Numbered from the stretch's first letter, positions 24,701 to 38,532 are shown. The stretch is DNA of 64,000 bases from Sphyrna mokarran (GCA_024679065.1 JAGIQG010000011.1:55552001-55616000); one strand, 5' to 3'. A program made the numbers and translations. Notes: generated by a model from the sequence alone, not told the origin.

Positions 24701-25626
24701 ACTCATGACAAGTTAAGATTGCCCACCATCTGCCAACATTTACCCCACCTTTATTTGTGAACTCTTGTTACTCTGCCCTCTGTTCTTCAGACAGCATGGG
24801 GTCTGTGCTGTACGAAAACAGAAGCACCTTGCTTAAAATGCACTGTTCTTTTCCCATATCTTTTCTTCTTATCTCTCTGGCAGAATGGAATTGCTAGAAA
24901 GAAGCCCATTATTTTTATTGAGATAACGAGCCATCTGGGCCCACCGCTGAACATTGAACTGTTGACTGGAATGACACGCACCACTGCACATGAGGCATGT
25001 TTATGGCAAGACTCAAAATGTTGAGCGATGAAGAACTTACTGTCATTTAAAAAAAATGCCACTTTGCAACAAAAGATTTATCCTCTGGTTTCTTCTGTAC
25101 TATGTACTATCCAAATTATTTACTACTGGGAATCTGCAGGTATTTTGCCTTGAAAAATGAGGGAAACCTGTGTTTATTTTGAGTGATTGTGATGTGCTTC
25201 AGTATGTAGTTATTTGCAAACATGAGACTAGGAGAGATAATTGAGGTGAAAAATGATATTCAGTGTAATGCATGTAGATGGAAGCAGCAGACAGAGAAGA
25301 AAGCAAGTGGAGACAGTTCAAACATACACGTTTATGTTAAGGGCTTCCAATTTAAGTTCTAACCAGGATACCAATACAAATCCTTCACCCAGTTTGAAAT
25401 ACTTTGTAGACCTCTCCTTGATAAATTGAATTCAAAATAATAGCTCCACAGAACTCCAATTACATTTCAGCTGCAGCATTTATTCGATAAAATATCCATT
25501 TTTACTTTTAGCTTGCTGGCTGCATTGAAATCAATGTTGTTGACTGCAACTCATTCTATAAACCTGGCAGCAAATAGAAACCATGCAATTAATATAAAAC
25601 TGCAACTGTATTCTCATAAAAACCAC

Positions 25627-26592
25627 GGGGGTGATTCTCGCAGCCCACTGCGGTGCATTGGACCGAGAGACATCAGGGGAACCATTTTGCAGACTTTCTG
25701 CTGGGCGCCAGAAATCGATGCTGAGCTGATTACAATATGGAAATTGTGATTTACATTTCATTAGCAAGTCTGGGACTGATGTCTCTGTGCCCACCAGCAT
25801 CTCCCTCCATCAGTCCCACCTTCCTCGCTGCGAGTTGTTCACTCCCATGGGGTTTACTCCTACTCCAACTAATGCGGAACAGGCAACCTGTACCTGCTGG
25901 AGGGAACAGAGACCATTGAGGTCCCCCAGGAGATTGGAAGTAAGGGGGAAGGTGTCCCTTGGGCAGTGCCAACCAGACAATGACATCCCAACATCACTGC
26001 CATAGGGGCAAACTGTCAATGCCCAGAGGGAACTTTGACACTGCTCACCAAGCATCAGGCAGTGCCAAGGAGACTGGGCCAGAGAGAGGCAGGGCCTATT
26101 TTGGGAGGTGGGGGGGGATAATCAATAGGGGGAGAACCGTTGCTACTCTGCATTGTGACGATTGGGAGAGTGAGGGGTGATCAGGACTGGCTATCCAGTG
26201 ATAGGGAGTGTGGGAGGACTGTCGGGAATTGGGGCTAGCCAGGTGGGAGGTTGGGCAGATCGGCACTGGCTGGGCAGACATCAGGGCTGGCTGGAGAACG
26301 TTGGGAAGGCCAGCAATTAGATAGTGAGGGGGATATCTGAAGGCCATTGATGGGATTGTGTGGCTGGCCAGCGATCGGGCTGGCCAGTGATCCGGAGACC
26401 GACAAAGAGGAGGGTGGGGGGCACAGCGCATGTGAAATAGGTGCCACCCCAAATTTTCAGAATGAATCATTCTTGGGCACTCTGTGATGTACAAAATGTC
26501 AGAGATTCAAGCCAGAAATAACGCCAAAAAAAAGCTGTATTTACATTTTCCCTCACATTGGGAAGTTATAGAATTTTTTTAGAATCCCACCC
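25627..26592. mobile_element. Non-autonomous Harbinger-type TIR element, about 965 bp
   Basis: GGGGGTGATTCT ... AGAATCCCACCC termini with a G-rich interior. Confidence 0.6.
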
Positions 26593-26619
26593 ATGCTCTC
26601 TGTAACAATATGACAACTT

Positions 26620-27010
26620 AATAATAACAATAACTTACATTTATAAAGCACCCTTGATTTAAGAAAATGCCCATGAGGCATCACAACAGTATAGCCCAAC
26701 ACAGATGAGAAATGAGGAACATTGACGAAAATCTTGATGAAAGTAGTAGATTTTCTGATAAACATCTGCAGTTAGGTGGATTGTCCATGCTAAATTCACC
26801 CTAATGTCAGGGGGATTAATAGGGTAAATATGTTGCAGGAAGAGGGCCTGGGTGGGATTGTGGTCTGTACAGACTCAATGGGCCAGGTAGCCTCCTTCTG
26901 TAATGTAGGGATTCTATGGTTCTATGATTTGAAAGACAGGGAATGGGAAGATATTGGGGAGGGAATTCCAGAGCTATTGGCCTTAATGATTGAATGCATC
27001 ATCACCAACT
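26620..27010 (-). mobile_element. L2 3' end containing a plus-strand 3' half of an HE1 SINE (about 26768-26928)
   Basis: L2 tail aacaataacttacatttataaagcacc and ggagggaattccagagc flank HE1 sequence gttaggtggattgtccatgctaaatt...gggattctatggttctatga. Confidence 0.7.
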
Positions 27011-27134
27011 TGATGGGTGGCTCATGTTACTTTTATTCCAGTAACCGTGTGCTCAGGCTAGATCCTGGATAAGAACTGTGGGAAATATAACTGTCTTCTC
27101 CCATTAACTCACCAGCTGACAGCAACTTTTGATT

Positions 27135-28160
27135 ATTCAGTCCTGGGATGTCAGCGTCCTTGACAAGAATTTATAGCTCATTCCTAAATGTTCTTGAGAA
27201 GGAGATAGTCAGTGACCTATAAGAACTGCTGCAACTTGGTGGCAGGGTGCGGGTTGGTGGTGGGGTAGTAGTCAACTGGGGGCATGAAGCAGGGGGTTGG
27301 ATCTCCCCTAGTTCCCTCTTCCTTGATGTTGGTTCTCTTGATTTGGCACTGAGTGCTTGCTACAGAAACCTGAAAACATAATGCAATTAAAATGAACTCT
27401 TTGAACTGGCTACAGCACTTCATTGATCTGAATGTCACAAAGTGGATGGAAGAAACTAAGCAACAACTGCATCAAAGGGATAAATGTCAAACACAAACCA
27501 CCAGCAGGAATCATAGGCAAACTGGAGCAAGTCTAATCAGATATATTACTATGATGGAAGTGATCCTCAGAATGATAACTGTCCAGGAAAAGGCAAACAA
27601 TCTTGTGCATGCAGCAGATGAGATCACTTATCCCAGAGTTGACAATCATCCACACATATATCTCCACAAAAGCATCCAATTAATGATGGTGACCCAAGTA
27701 TATATTCACCGTGATAGACTCAGTGAATTCAGCACAGTGTACAATAGATTGTTCAAACAGGAGCTAATATTGGAAGTGCTGAGTGATAATGTAAGGCTTA
27801 TCCATCTTTTATAACATCACATCTTACAAGAATAATAGTTTTTGAAGGTATGCGGATACAACTCATAGTTGATTACTCTGGGGATGGGGAAGATGTGAAG
27901 AGAGACTCTCCAGCCTCCCAGCTACATGTTACCCGCCGACGGAAGGTGATGTGTTGTTTGCTAGAGGCAGGATTCTTTGGTCCCACTGTTACCAAAGGGA
28001 ATTCCCTTGAAATCAACCTATGCCGGCAGGAATGCACTGTCAGCTGGGCCAAAGAATCCCACCAGCATGAAAGGCCAGAGAATTCTGGCTATGACTTTCA
28101 ACTGCTGGTGACCCGCTTCTCATTTGAAAAATGGATGGTAGTAATTGATAATTGAAGTGA
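27135..28160 (-). mobile_element. Old CR1-like LINE remnants
   Basis: Starts with a degenerate reverse complement of the tail seen at 46020-46078 and 52780-52850. The interior is too decayed to translate reliably. Confidence 0.4.
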
Positions 28161-28939
28161 TGATAGTGATGGGGTGGAGATCTTAGCTTCTCTCTGGGTG
28201 TCTTGGACCTGACAGTTGCAATTTTCCTAAGAATAAGAGAGCTGCTTGTCAGCCTGAAGCAGGGACCTAAATATGCAAAGTGGTTTTCACTCCAGTCAGG
28301 GGAACACGTTTGCAATTTTCATGTACAGAATGGGCTGACTCTGCACTTTGCACATTTATATTCAGAGTGAGCAATCTTAAGTAGGTCGTTCCAAAAAACA
28401 ATCTGGAGCGTATCAGGAGGAATTCTTGTGAGGTCATAAGGCACAGAAGAGAGAGTTTCAGATTTCAATGGCATTGGGATAAGTTCTGGGAACAAAAAAA
28501 ATCATAAGATATTAGGCCAGAGTTAGGCCATTCAGCCCATTGAGTTTGCTCAGAACTCTTAGAATTATAATGATTTTCACCAAAACCAAACTGCCGTAAT
28601 GTTAACTTGGAGTGGGTAAATATTGAAATGGGGGAGAAAATAAACAGCTGAGGCAGTGGTTAAGCACCAAATCCAGGAATAAATGGAGAGTTCTAAGATT
28701 ATGGTGAAGGGACAAAGAAGTTTCAAATAATCTCAGGAGAAGTTATGAGGAGATGCATCTCAGGCTGGGTAGTGAAGGATAAAATAATATAATATTGAAG
28801 AGCCTAGAGTATTCAATTTTTACATGTGATTGTGCAAAGCATTAGGAACCGTTAGTAATTAAAAGGAAAAGACAAAATTAGCATTGAGGGGAATGGTTCC
28901 ACAAAGATGGGATTGTAAAATTATTATTAGATACACAAT

Positions 28940-29130
28940 GGGTGAGATCTTTTGGCTGTTCATGCTGGCGGGATTTCTGGTCCTGCTGAGGGTTTCCTGA
29001 GGCCTTGGCATGGATTCAATGAGAAATCTCATTGACAGTGGCAGGACCAGAAGATCTCACTGTCAGCCAATAGCAGACGACCCCCTGCAAATAGAGAAAC
29101 ACAATGCAGGGAGGCCGGAGAATTTCACTC
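28940..29130. mobile_element. About 190-bp MITE with an internal palindrome
   Basis: GGGTGAGATCTT...GAATTTCACTC ends and an internal tctggtcctgctg/tggcaggaccaga pair. Related copies lie at about 40940, 58770 and 62140. Confidence 0.7.
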
Positions 29131-29999
29131 AATATTTTATCGACAGTACCAAATTAGAGGACATGGCAAACCAAGAAGAAGAATAGGGGAGAACACTAAT
29201 AGCAAGATAAAAACAGATAAACAGACCTTAGGTCACATGCAGAGAAAGGTAAAGTCATGAATTCTAGGGATCAGAACAACGAAAGGAAGTAGACCATCAA
29301 TTTTTTTTCTGCAGTTTGAGTGGTCCACATTGAAACATTGATTGAACTTGGCTGGCTGCCCAATATCTTACATTACCTCTGTGATATTCCGTTAGAAAAT
29401 AATGTTAGGTTTATAATATACCTGCCTAAAAATGGGTGAACATATTATAATGGACACAGATTACAGGATGCATTGTACATATTTCATATCATTTGTACTC
29501 TAATAATAGTGACACAAGTGATATCTGTGTTTCCTCGGTGAGTCAAGCACTGTAAAGAGGTTCATAGTTAAATTGCTATATTGCTTAATGCAATTAATTG
29601 GAGAGTAATCCATCCCCATCATATTTGCATGGAAGTATATTCTCAATGATAAGGCTTCTAACTGCAGGGGAAGGAAGGACAAAACGTGATGGAGAGATAT
29701 AGGGCTGGTGGAGGAACATCCTTGTTATGGTCCTCACATAGATAGAGCAGGGACAATGGAAATAAATGGCACAGGAAGAGCTCATAGTTTCAGAGAGAGT
29801 AAAATTTAACTTTTCTGAGCAGGATAAATGCTTACCCATTTCATCAGAACCCTGTTGTAGGACTTTAGTCACTGACAGAAGATGCTTCCAGTGAAACCAG
29901 AACTAGGGCCACATATATCAAAGATTTAAGGCTCTGCCATCAATGGTGCATTAATTCAAATTGAGGATGATCAAGAAGCTAGACTTTGAGGAGTACAAA

Positions 30000-30480
30000 T
30001 ATCTCAGAAGCTCGTGGAGATGAAGTAGAATTGCAGTTAGGGAATGGCAAAGCCATGAAGAAATTTGAATTCAAGGATGAGAATTTAAAAATTGAGGACA
30101 AGTTTAACTGAGAGTCGATGCAAGTCAGCAGTCTCATGTGTAAAGATTGAATGGAATTTGATACAAGTTAGGAAATGGGCAGCAGAGTTCTGAATGACCT
30201 CAAGTTTATGGAGTTAGGATATGAAAGAACAGCCAGGACCATGTTCAATATTCAAGTTTAGAGGTAATGGAGGCATTTTTTGAAACTTTCTGGAGCTGAA
30301 CAGCTGAAGCAGCAGTGGAGTTGGGCAATGTTACAGAGGTGGAAATAGGTGGTCTTCGTGACGGTGTGGATATGCAATTATTATACACCAAGATTGCAAA
30401 CAGTTCATTGTCAAGGAGAATGATGGAATCAGTGGCTAGGGATTGGAGTTTGTAGCTGAGAATGACAACAATGGCTTAAA
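30000..30480 (-). mobile_element. L2 LINE fragment
   Basis: gcagcagagttctgaatgacctcaagttt and gggcaatgttacagaggtggaaataggtggtctt are reverse complements of L2 ORF2 motifs (LEVIQNSAA and KTTYFHLCNIAQL). Confidence 0.8.
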
Positions 30481-31409
30481 AAATGGATGTTACGAAGTGT
30501 AACTTCACTTCCAACTGGTTTTCCATTATAGAAGAACAGAATAGAATTGTAGAATCCCTACAGTGCTGTGGCCTGTCAATATATGATGATGGGGTGGGTT
30601 AATACAATGTAAAATCATGGAAATGTATTTAAATCAGGTTCATGCCCATTATGGGCATAGACATGATTACATCGTTGGCGAGGGGCGCCAAAAATTGGCA
30701 GTCACAGATCTCGCCACATCTTGAGCCTCCACCAGAAATCTCGTGGATGTGAGAGTTGGCTCAAGATCCTGTTCTTTGTTTACTTAAGCATTCCTAGGGT
30801 CTGTTTGGTGTTATTTCCTGTCGTGGGACAGCTCTTTGTGTGTTTGGGGTTTGCACTAGAGTTATGATTCTTCAGGTAAGTGAATGGTCCTTCTCTTCCA
30901 GTAGCAACCTCCTGCTTTGTTGTAGTTGCTCAGATACTGTTAGTACAGTGGACTGCAGCAGAATGAAGGCATTATCACTGCTGCTAGGATACTGAGTATT
31001 CACCTACGTGTTGTACTAAGCAAGGTCACACACCAACTGCATATTTAGTCGGTGAAACAGCTTTCTCTATGTGTGTAATTTCACTGCGCTATGGGGAAGC
31101 CTGCTTTCCTGAAAAAGCCACGTGCCTGTTTCACCTGATTCTCTCTCAGTGAAAGCACAGTAAATAGCTCTCACTCCTCTCCTGCATATAAAGTGACTGT
31201 CACGTACATAGCAGCGGCCAGTAAACTGGGAGTTAGTACAGATATCAGCTGCTCCAGCCTAGAAGGAACACAATATAAAAAAGCTGATGGCCATGTCTTC
31301 ACGGCCAATGGCAGCACACTCCTCGCCCTGCTTTGTGGGTTAGGTCTGTCTGCAAGAGATGGCAGTTTTCAAGACATGTCCTTGATAAAATGAAGATGTT
31401 ACACATCCT

Positions 31410-32227
31410 GGCCATGATTCTCCCATCCCAACCTGCAACTTTTTGGCGGGATGTGCGTCGCTGGCCTTTATCTGGGATTTGCGCATGCGTTGGGAATGCA
31501 TGGGCATCTTCCAGAGCCGGAGAACAGTCACCAGTCAGATCAATCTGGTTACCGGTGGGAAGGGAGGTAAATAATTTGAATCTGTTTTTAATAAAATGTT
31601 TTAAATGTAATTATCGGGAACTTATTAATCCCTATTGAATCTCCCAACCCACCAGGAATATTTCACTCTGATAGGATTTAGAATAGCTCCCCACATTCAT
31701 CGGGCATTGCGCGCTGCCAAGAGAGCAGGGCATATTGTAGACAGGATTTAGAGGCAATCAGTGCGATTGGGGGATCCCGCTGTCACTCTGCATAGGGACT
31801 AGTCTGGGATGGTGACAGGACAGCGATTGGAGCAGGCAAGAGGGTGGGGTGGTCTGCCATGGCGGCATGCCTCTGGTGGTTCTGACTCTGGGGGGGAGTC
31901 AGCGAGTGCGAGGGATCTGGCGGGGTGAGAAGAATGGAGGATCGCCACTGCTGGGGAGGGTGGCCTGGCCATCGGGTACTCCGGGGCATGGTGGTGTGGG
32001 GGAGATGCGATCAAGCTGGCCAGCAATGGGGAGTCTGACAGATCAGGACCACTGCGGAACTGTCAGAATCTGGTGCAAATAGGTCCCCTAGGTTTTTAAT
32101 GAGATTCACGACTGGGATCTCTGCAGTGCTCAGAGTGGGAAGATTCAGATGAGATGTTGAACTGACAAAATAGTCGGGATTAGAACAGTTTTCCTGCCAA
32201 TTCAGCACTTTTGGAAGAATTGCGGCC
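31410..32227. mobile_element. Non-autonomous Harbinger-type element, same family as 60561-61452
   Basis: TIRs GGCCATGATTCTCCCA / TGGAAGAATTGCGGCC. The first ~280 bp and last ~140 bp align with the 60561 copy. Confidence 0.8.
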
Positions 32228-32799
32228 CCCCCTTCTTGTGGAGGCTGAAGTAAGAGAAAGACAATTGTTCAGGTTTTATATTGGACAATCTTGGTTGAGA
32301 GCTGGTTCAACCCCTGACTGGTATCTAAATGGCTTTAAATGTCGCCTCTTTATTTGAAATTGTTTATCTTCATTGGAGCAGGTAGTGTCCCTTATAGCCA
32401 ATGAGCATAGTGTTTATAGTCTCACCATGGCTGATAAACTGCTGGTTTGTACCTGTCTGGTCCCTGAACATCACCTAATTCCGTTCTTAACTAGACCCCT
32501 GAACTTGGTCTCTACCCTTGCCTTTGCCCCAGCCTAACCCTTGATTACATTGTAATGAGCTGAGTAAAGAGTCAGTACCTCAATCTTAAAGGAGATGCCT
32601 CCTTGGAGAGTCACAATGTGAGTGTTGGTGGAAGAGTATTCTGTATTCTTGAGATCCAGCAATGGTTACCCTACTGGAGACCCTCAATGAACATGACCTT
32701 CTGCTGAGACCCTTCTCCTCCTCTCTCCAACTGCATCCATTCCTTCTAGTGCTACCTCTTTTTCTTTCAAGCTAAAGGTGATGTTAACTATACCAACAG

Positions 32800-33780
32800 C
32801 TGGAATTTAATGTCCTCCTTTATGATAAATTTTACTGTGGGAACATTTAATCAGACACAGTGTGGATGGGAACCCTGCCTCCTTTTATCTTCCCACCTCA
32901 ATTAAGTGGGTGTCTGCAAGGCCCATGGCCAGCAACTCCTTCCCCCAACCCTCAATCAATTCAGCCTTTTAAGTGGCTAGTTAATGCCCTCTTGAGGCCT
33001 TCAGTCTACCACCACTGGTATGAGTCGAGTAGTGGGGAAAGGTGAGGCAGGGAGTTCACCAATTGGGAACACAAGCAATTCTGTGCAGGATTACTTGTGG
33101 GCTCCCAAGGGAGATCATCCCTTGTTCAAAAGCATTCAGTTGATTGAGGGGCTTAGTAGCAGAAATGGAGGCCTGCTGAGAGCCATTCCATGCTGTTGAT
33201 GCTGAAACACCTCCCCTTCTCACATAGCCCCATCCTGCGACCACCTTTTGCTATCACTGACCTGTGTCCTAGGATCAAGTGACAACATTAAGTCTAAAGT
33301 GGGTGTCATAGCTGTAATGACTTCCACGAGGCCTGAGGTCGTAGAGTATGAGTTCCCTGATAGAAGTCATAATTGCTTGCCCAATCAGGGAGCCTCACAT
33401 AAATAAATATAGGAGTGTCAAGGCTACTGACACTCTGGATTCCAACATCGTACCTGAAGCAGTCTTAGAAGTGGAATTGAGTTGGTAAATGAAGGAAATC
33501 TGGTGAAGAGACACTGGCCTCTGAGGAGTTACTTCAATAGCAGCAGCAGCCTCCCCAGTCGCACCACAATTAAGCAGATCTACTTGTCTCTGATTGGTCA
33601 GTAGCTCTCAGCAAGCAGAAGCTCCGTCCCTAGGCCTTTGATTGTGTAGAAGGCCCATCATCGTCCAGTTAACTGTGTGCTTGGTATTTAATATGGCATA
33701 CCTTCCCTAAAAGAAGCAGCATGGAGATCTTGCCAACTATCCAGCCAAACCCTGTCACTGTTATTGAATATTGGCTCTGA
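32800..33780. mobile_element. Old TIR-element remnant
   Basis: TGGAATTTAAT start, TGAATATTGGCTC end and ctgattgg...cagctctca motifs shared with 23560-24140. Confidence 0.4.
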
Positions 33781-34199
33781 ACAGAACCCTTAAAGTCAGA
33801 ACCAAGGCTTTCATTACTTGTAAATTTCATCAACTTTCACCAGCAATAGGAAAGTTAGCATTTAAAATCAACCAAAGTCAGTAGAAATCAACCAACAACT
33901 AATTGCAAAGTAATTGAAGAGCTCTATAAATACTGCTGCTCATGCAAGTGATACCTAATGCCATTTTGGTGTGGGTGTTTTCACTGGCATTAGGAACACA
34001 TGCAAGAAGCATGCAGAGTACGGAGATCATGACATTAAGCAATATGTACATTGATTTATGCCAGGCTCCTTCCTTCTGCTGAACATATGTGTGTATTTTT
34101 AAGAGAAAACATTGGCATTACTAAGAAAATAGTTTGTCAAAGCTTTTTACCTTATACTCACCAGGTCAATACACAAGGGGAAGGACACCAATGTCTGGT

Positions 34200-34630
34200 G
34201 AAAACATCCAATTTATATTGTATGACTAGAAAGCACTGATTGCTTGGCAAGTGGAGTCTGATTGGTAAAGGCATTGTCAGGGAGAATGTACCAGTTTAAA
34301 GCAACTGAAAGTTAACTGCCAAGAACTGTTTGAAACTTCCAGGCAGCTTGACTCTGATTAGCTAAGTCTTTGCTCTGAGGAATGAGCAAGTGACTGTATG
34401 TCATTTATTTTATTTAGTTAAAACAGTCACAATGTGTGTGCATGTTATTTCTGACTGCAAAAGCCCTATGTATTTATATGTGCAAACATGCCACACTGAC
34501 AACTCAACTGACAATCTTAACTTGGTTGTTAGCGTAATTCTTAAATCAGTGATGATTATTTAATAAATGTTGTCCAATTGTGGAATCACATCTAATGTTG
34601 AGCACTGTGTTTTGAGTTTTCTGAGCATGG
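34200..34630. repeat. Probable interspersed repeat with repeated CTGATTGG-type motifs (unclassified)
   Basis: Internally reiterated gactctgatt(g/a)g...ggcattg segments resemble a recalled common shark repeat. Confidence 0.35.
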
Positions 34631-35247
34631 GCTAATTGGAGGCCATCTGTAATTTTCCATTATGAACAATGGTAGGACATGTTGCTTAATACAACATTTT
34701 GGGACATATGGTCTACATAGCTAACTTCACACTGACACTGAAATTCAGTGCCAACCATTCAGCACCTCTTTTCATGTAGTGCAAACTTGTTGTTTCCCTT
34801 ACAGTGGCATTCTTGTGAACTGTCCTAATGAGTACAAGATGAAAAATCGACAAAATGTCTATTTTTTCATCAATATTCAAGTTCTGTACTACAAATTGAC
34901 TAGAAGGCATTAGCTAGGGCTGTGAGTTCAAAAATGGTACCTGGCATAAATCAATGCTACATGCTACCTAACATCATGATCTCCATATTCTATATGCTTC
35001 CTAATGCCAGTGGTAATACCCACATCAAAATAACTTTTGGCATCACATGCACCTGAAGTATACATACGTGTGCACTGAACAGACAGCAGCTTATACGCAA
35101 AGTGGCAGCTGGAAATGTAGATGTTACAGAACTAAATGTTGTAGCCAAGGATCTGTGGACTGCTCATATTGGAAATGCTTACTGTTAATGCCAGGAATAA
35201 CATTTTATGACAAGTTTTTATGAGAGTGTATACAATCCTGTTTCTGT

Positions 35248-35384
35248 AGAAATACCATCACAGACTGGATTGTGTTGAATATCTGTTTCCATGCAGTAAT
35301 GCTCCAGATGAAGACTGGGGTATAAAAAGCATTACCTCATGGAAACAGGACGTTTGACACAATCCAGTCTGTGTTGGTATTTCT
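35248..35384. repeat. Long inverted repeat (hairpin), arms of about 56 bp and a 24-nt loop
   Basis: The left arm (35248-35303) is the reverse complement of the right arm (35328-35384) with 7 substitutions and one 1-nt bulge. Confidence 0.92.
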
Positions 35385-36177
35385 CATCTACAGGAACAAT
35401 AGTATTAATTTCATGTACCTGTTCTGTTCCCATATCCCTTTCTCTCCTTTCCTCCCTTTAACAACTTAATTGTTCTTTGAAGCTAAATTGATCTCTGCTT
35501 CAATCATTAACCTCTACTTTGCTAAGATGATTCTTAAAATCCTCTTTTTTGACCACACTTATGACAATCAGACCTAAAATCTCCTTACTAGGTTCATTGT
35601 CAAACTTTGTTTTATAATACTTCTGTGAAGCACCTTGAAATATTTCATTACATTAAAGCCACTAAATTGCTGTTGTAACCAAAATATATTGGAGTCAGTT
35701 AACAACAATACAACCCTAGCAATATCTTCCTCCATTTACACCAAATGAATTTAGCAGAGTTGACAAAGTAAATTAAGGCATATCCAGAAGTTACCAAAGA
35801 AGTTTGGAATAAGAAACCAGCAACTAAACTATAAGTACTTAATATATGAGTGTTTAATAAAGTGCTGGTGTGGTAGACTGCCTAACAGTTAGCACACGGT
35901 GAATGAGATAGAGGATTTTCAAAAACAACACTTAAATAACAAAATCCTGCCCTTTAAATAATCCCTCAATGCTCTTACAGTAGCATATCCTCTTGTCCAA
36001 AATAGTGAGTGATGCCATAGGCTGGTTAACAGACAAACGAACAAATTTCTCAGCCAAATACGCAATCGGATTTCAAAGGAAAAAGAATGATTGAATAAGC
36101 TGAAATAATTGGGAAAAAATTAAAAGTACTATAGACACAAATGTTGTGAATATTTTCAATATTTTGCAGCTTCTTCA

Positions 36178-36452
36178 TAAAGTTAAAGTTTATTTATTAG
36201 TCACAAGTAACTTTACATTAACACTGCAAAGGAGTTACTGTGAAAATCCCCTTGTTGCCACACTCTAGCACCTGTTTGGGCACACTGAGGGAGGATTTAG
36301 TATGGCCAATCATATGGCACATCTTTGGAGTGTGGGGGAAACCAGCTCAAACCAGCAAAAACAGGGAAGAACATGCAGACTCCACGCAGCCAGGAATCAA
36401 ACCCAGCTCTCTGGCACTGTGAGTGGCAGTACTAACCACGGTGCCACCATGC
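36178..36452 (-). mobile_element. V-SINE with the alternative tail (family of 11265-11567)
   Basis: taaagtttatttattagtcacaag...cacggtgccaccatgc is the reverse complement of the tail and tRNA head. Confidence 0.85.
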
Positions 36453-38532
36453 TTTCCTGCAGACTTTACTCATCTATTCCAATATAGTATGAGCATGTGG
36501 ATCCATACAGTTAATGCCAATAAAGTGTGATGATCATTCAACATAGCAATATTGTTCCTCTTTGATATTTTAATCATTTAGCCTTTAAAAAATCCATCTC
36601 TTTTGCTGCAATAAAATGAATGAGAAGCTGATTCCAACGGCAGGAATAATATCCTATTTGAGAAACGATGTATCACATTTAGATCAATTATAGTTTTCAG
36701 CACCTAATCATCAAGGCAAGATACAGTGATCAACAGTGACACAATCACTTCAGCCAACAACGTGATACTGGACACCCTCCTAATGTCAATTCTTCTGTTA
36801 AATCTGTTTAGATTCTACAACCTAGCAGCAAACATTAACAAAAATCTGTCATGTTGTATGTAACAGTTGCATTTTTCAGCAAAAATGAAAGGTTTGTCAC
36901 TTGATCTTTCAAGCTAAAATGCATGTTGTATTTTGAATTCTTAAGTGATTCACTGAGCAAGGTCTTGGTGCGATGTTTCCACAACAATGGCCATTAATTT
37001 ATGTAGACGTCAGAGCCCCTGATCTACAGCACCTAATGCTACCAGATATTTGCTTGCACTTGCTAATATCATTTTGATCTGACAAGTTAATATATCTTCT
37101 TCGCAGCTGGTGGGATAAGCAGAATTTGGAATGGGGATTATAACTGCTGACGCAAAAAGTAAATAAATGTAATTTGATTTGTCCTTTCCTCCAAAAACGC
37201 TGACCCAGTAAACTGTCCACACACTATTACTAATATTTTAAGTTTTGCCAGATAAACATATTAACATAAGTTGAAAAGGTCAAGAGGTTTGACTGATATA
37301 TAGACATCATTTCAGACAATAATGCTGAAAACACAGTGACCAATTTGACTAGGCTACAGTGACTGAAGTTGCTTCCATTTATGCAGCTGTCATGCAGTAA
37401 CAGACTATTCTGCTCATAGAACTGTGGGTCTAAACAGATAAATTCAGTATAACTGTCCGCACAATGATGGGAGGCCACATGGAGGACATTGCTCAGCCAA
37501 ATACGCACAAGCAGGATGTCACTTGTAAAATGTACCAGTAAAAAGATAAAAGGAAGTTAATTATGTTGTAAATAATACTTCATAGTTTACAGTCTAAAGT
37601 TATAAGAACAAATTGCTCTAAAATATTTGAAGGCACATCTATGTTTTGGTTTCTGCTCACAAATGGATGAATGTGCTAAGGTATTACTGTCAAAAAATTG
37701 CAAAGAAAACATCTTTTTTTAAATTATGAAAATAGTTAAGTGAAAAAAACTAGACTCGATGAAATGAAGTATGTGGTCTGGACACATGCATATTATTTCA
37801 AAATTAGAGTAAGCATACCCCCTGCCATCCAGGAATGGGAAACTATTATTAGAAAGAAACACAGAAGGGAAGCTGTAAGAATAGTCTGCTATAAACAAAC
37901 ATTGTAGTAATAACCTATTATGTTTCATCAGTCACATTTTGTAACAGTCTGACCTAGTTATAACACATTGTGAAAATTACAAGGTTCATGTCTCTCTTCA
38001 TCTTTGCCATTCAACAATTGTTTTTATCACAGATTAAACCATTGGGGATTATATTTTGTTTTGAACTTAGTCTCATTTTTGTTTTTCAAGGAGATCTTGT
38101 TAACCTAAACTACCCAATGGAAGGACTCAGATCAACTGTCTGTTTTGCAGTCCACTCTATTCTATAATGAAAAATACAGTTGGGCAGGGTGTCAAACAGA
38201 TGGCTGGCTAATCCGATCCATTCAATTTCCCAGTAGATACATCAGATTTAAATTACCCCCGGTGTTTGCAATGCTAGCATTGAAATTCTCCCATATTTCA
38301 AGCACCAGAGACAGCAAGTTATTGCTGGGGCTCACCACAAAGGTCCATATCAGTATATACTAGTAAATATAACAGCCTGTTTCCTTACCATCAGTCTACC
38401 AGATGCCGGGAAACAGATCCATTAACATTGAATTTATCTCTTTTTAAAATAAATCTCAGGATGTGGACAAGATCTGTACTACTTGTCCATACATAGTTGC
38501 TTGTGAGAAGGTGTTGGTGGACCTACTTTAGT

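Noticed and set aside
24332-24714. CRISPR-like repeat-spacer pattern or a single TIR transposon
   Set aside because: The DNA is vertebrate, each direct repeat occurs only twice, and each pair flanks its own insert, as expected for target-site duplications.
27392-27814. 140-aa ATG-initiated ORF
   Set aside because: It has no recognisable domain or splice context and lies in an old repeat-rich segment antisense to the host gene.
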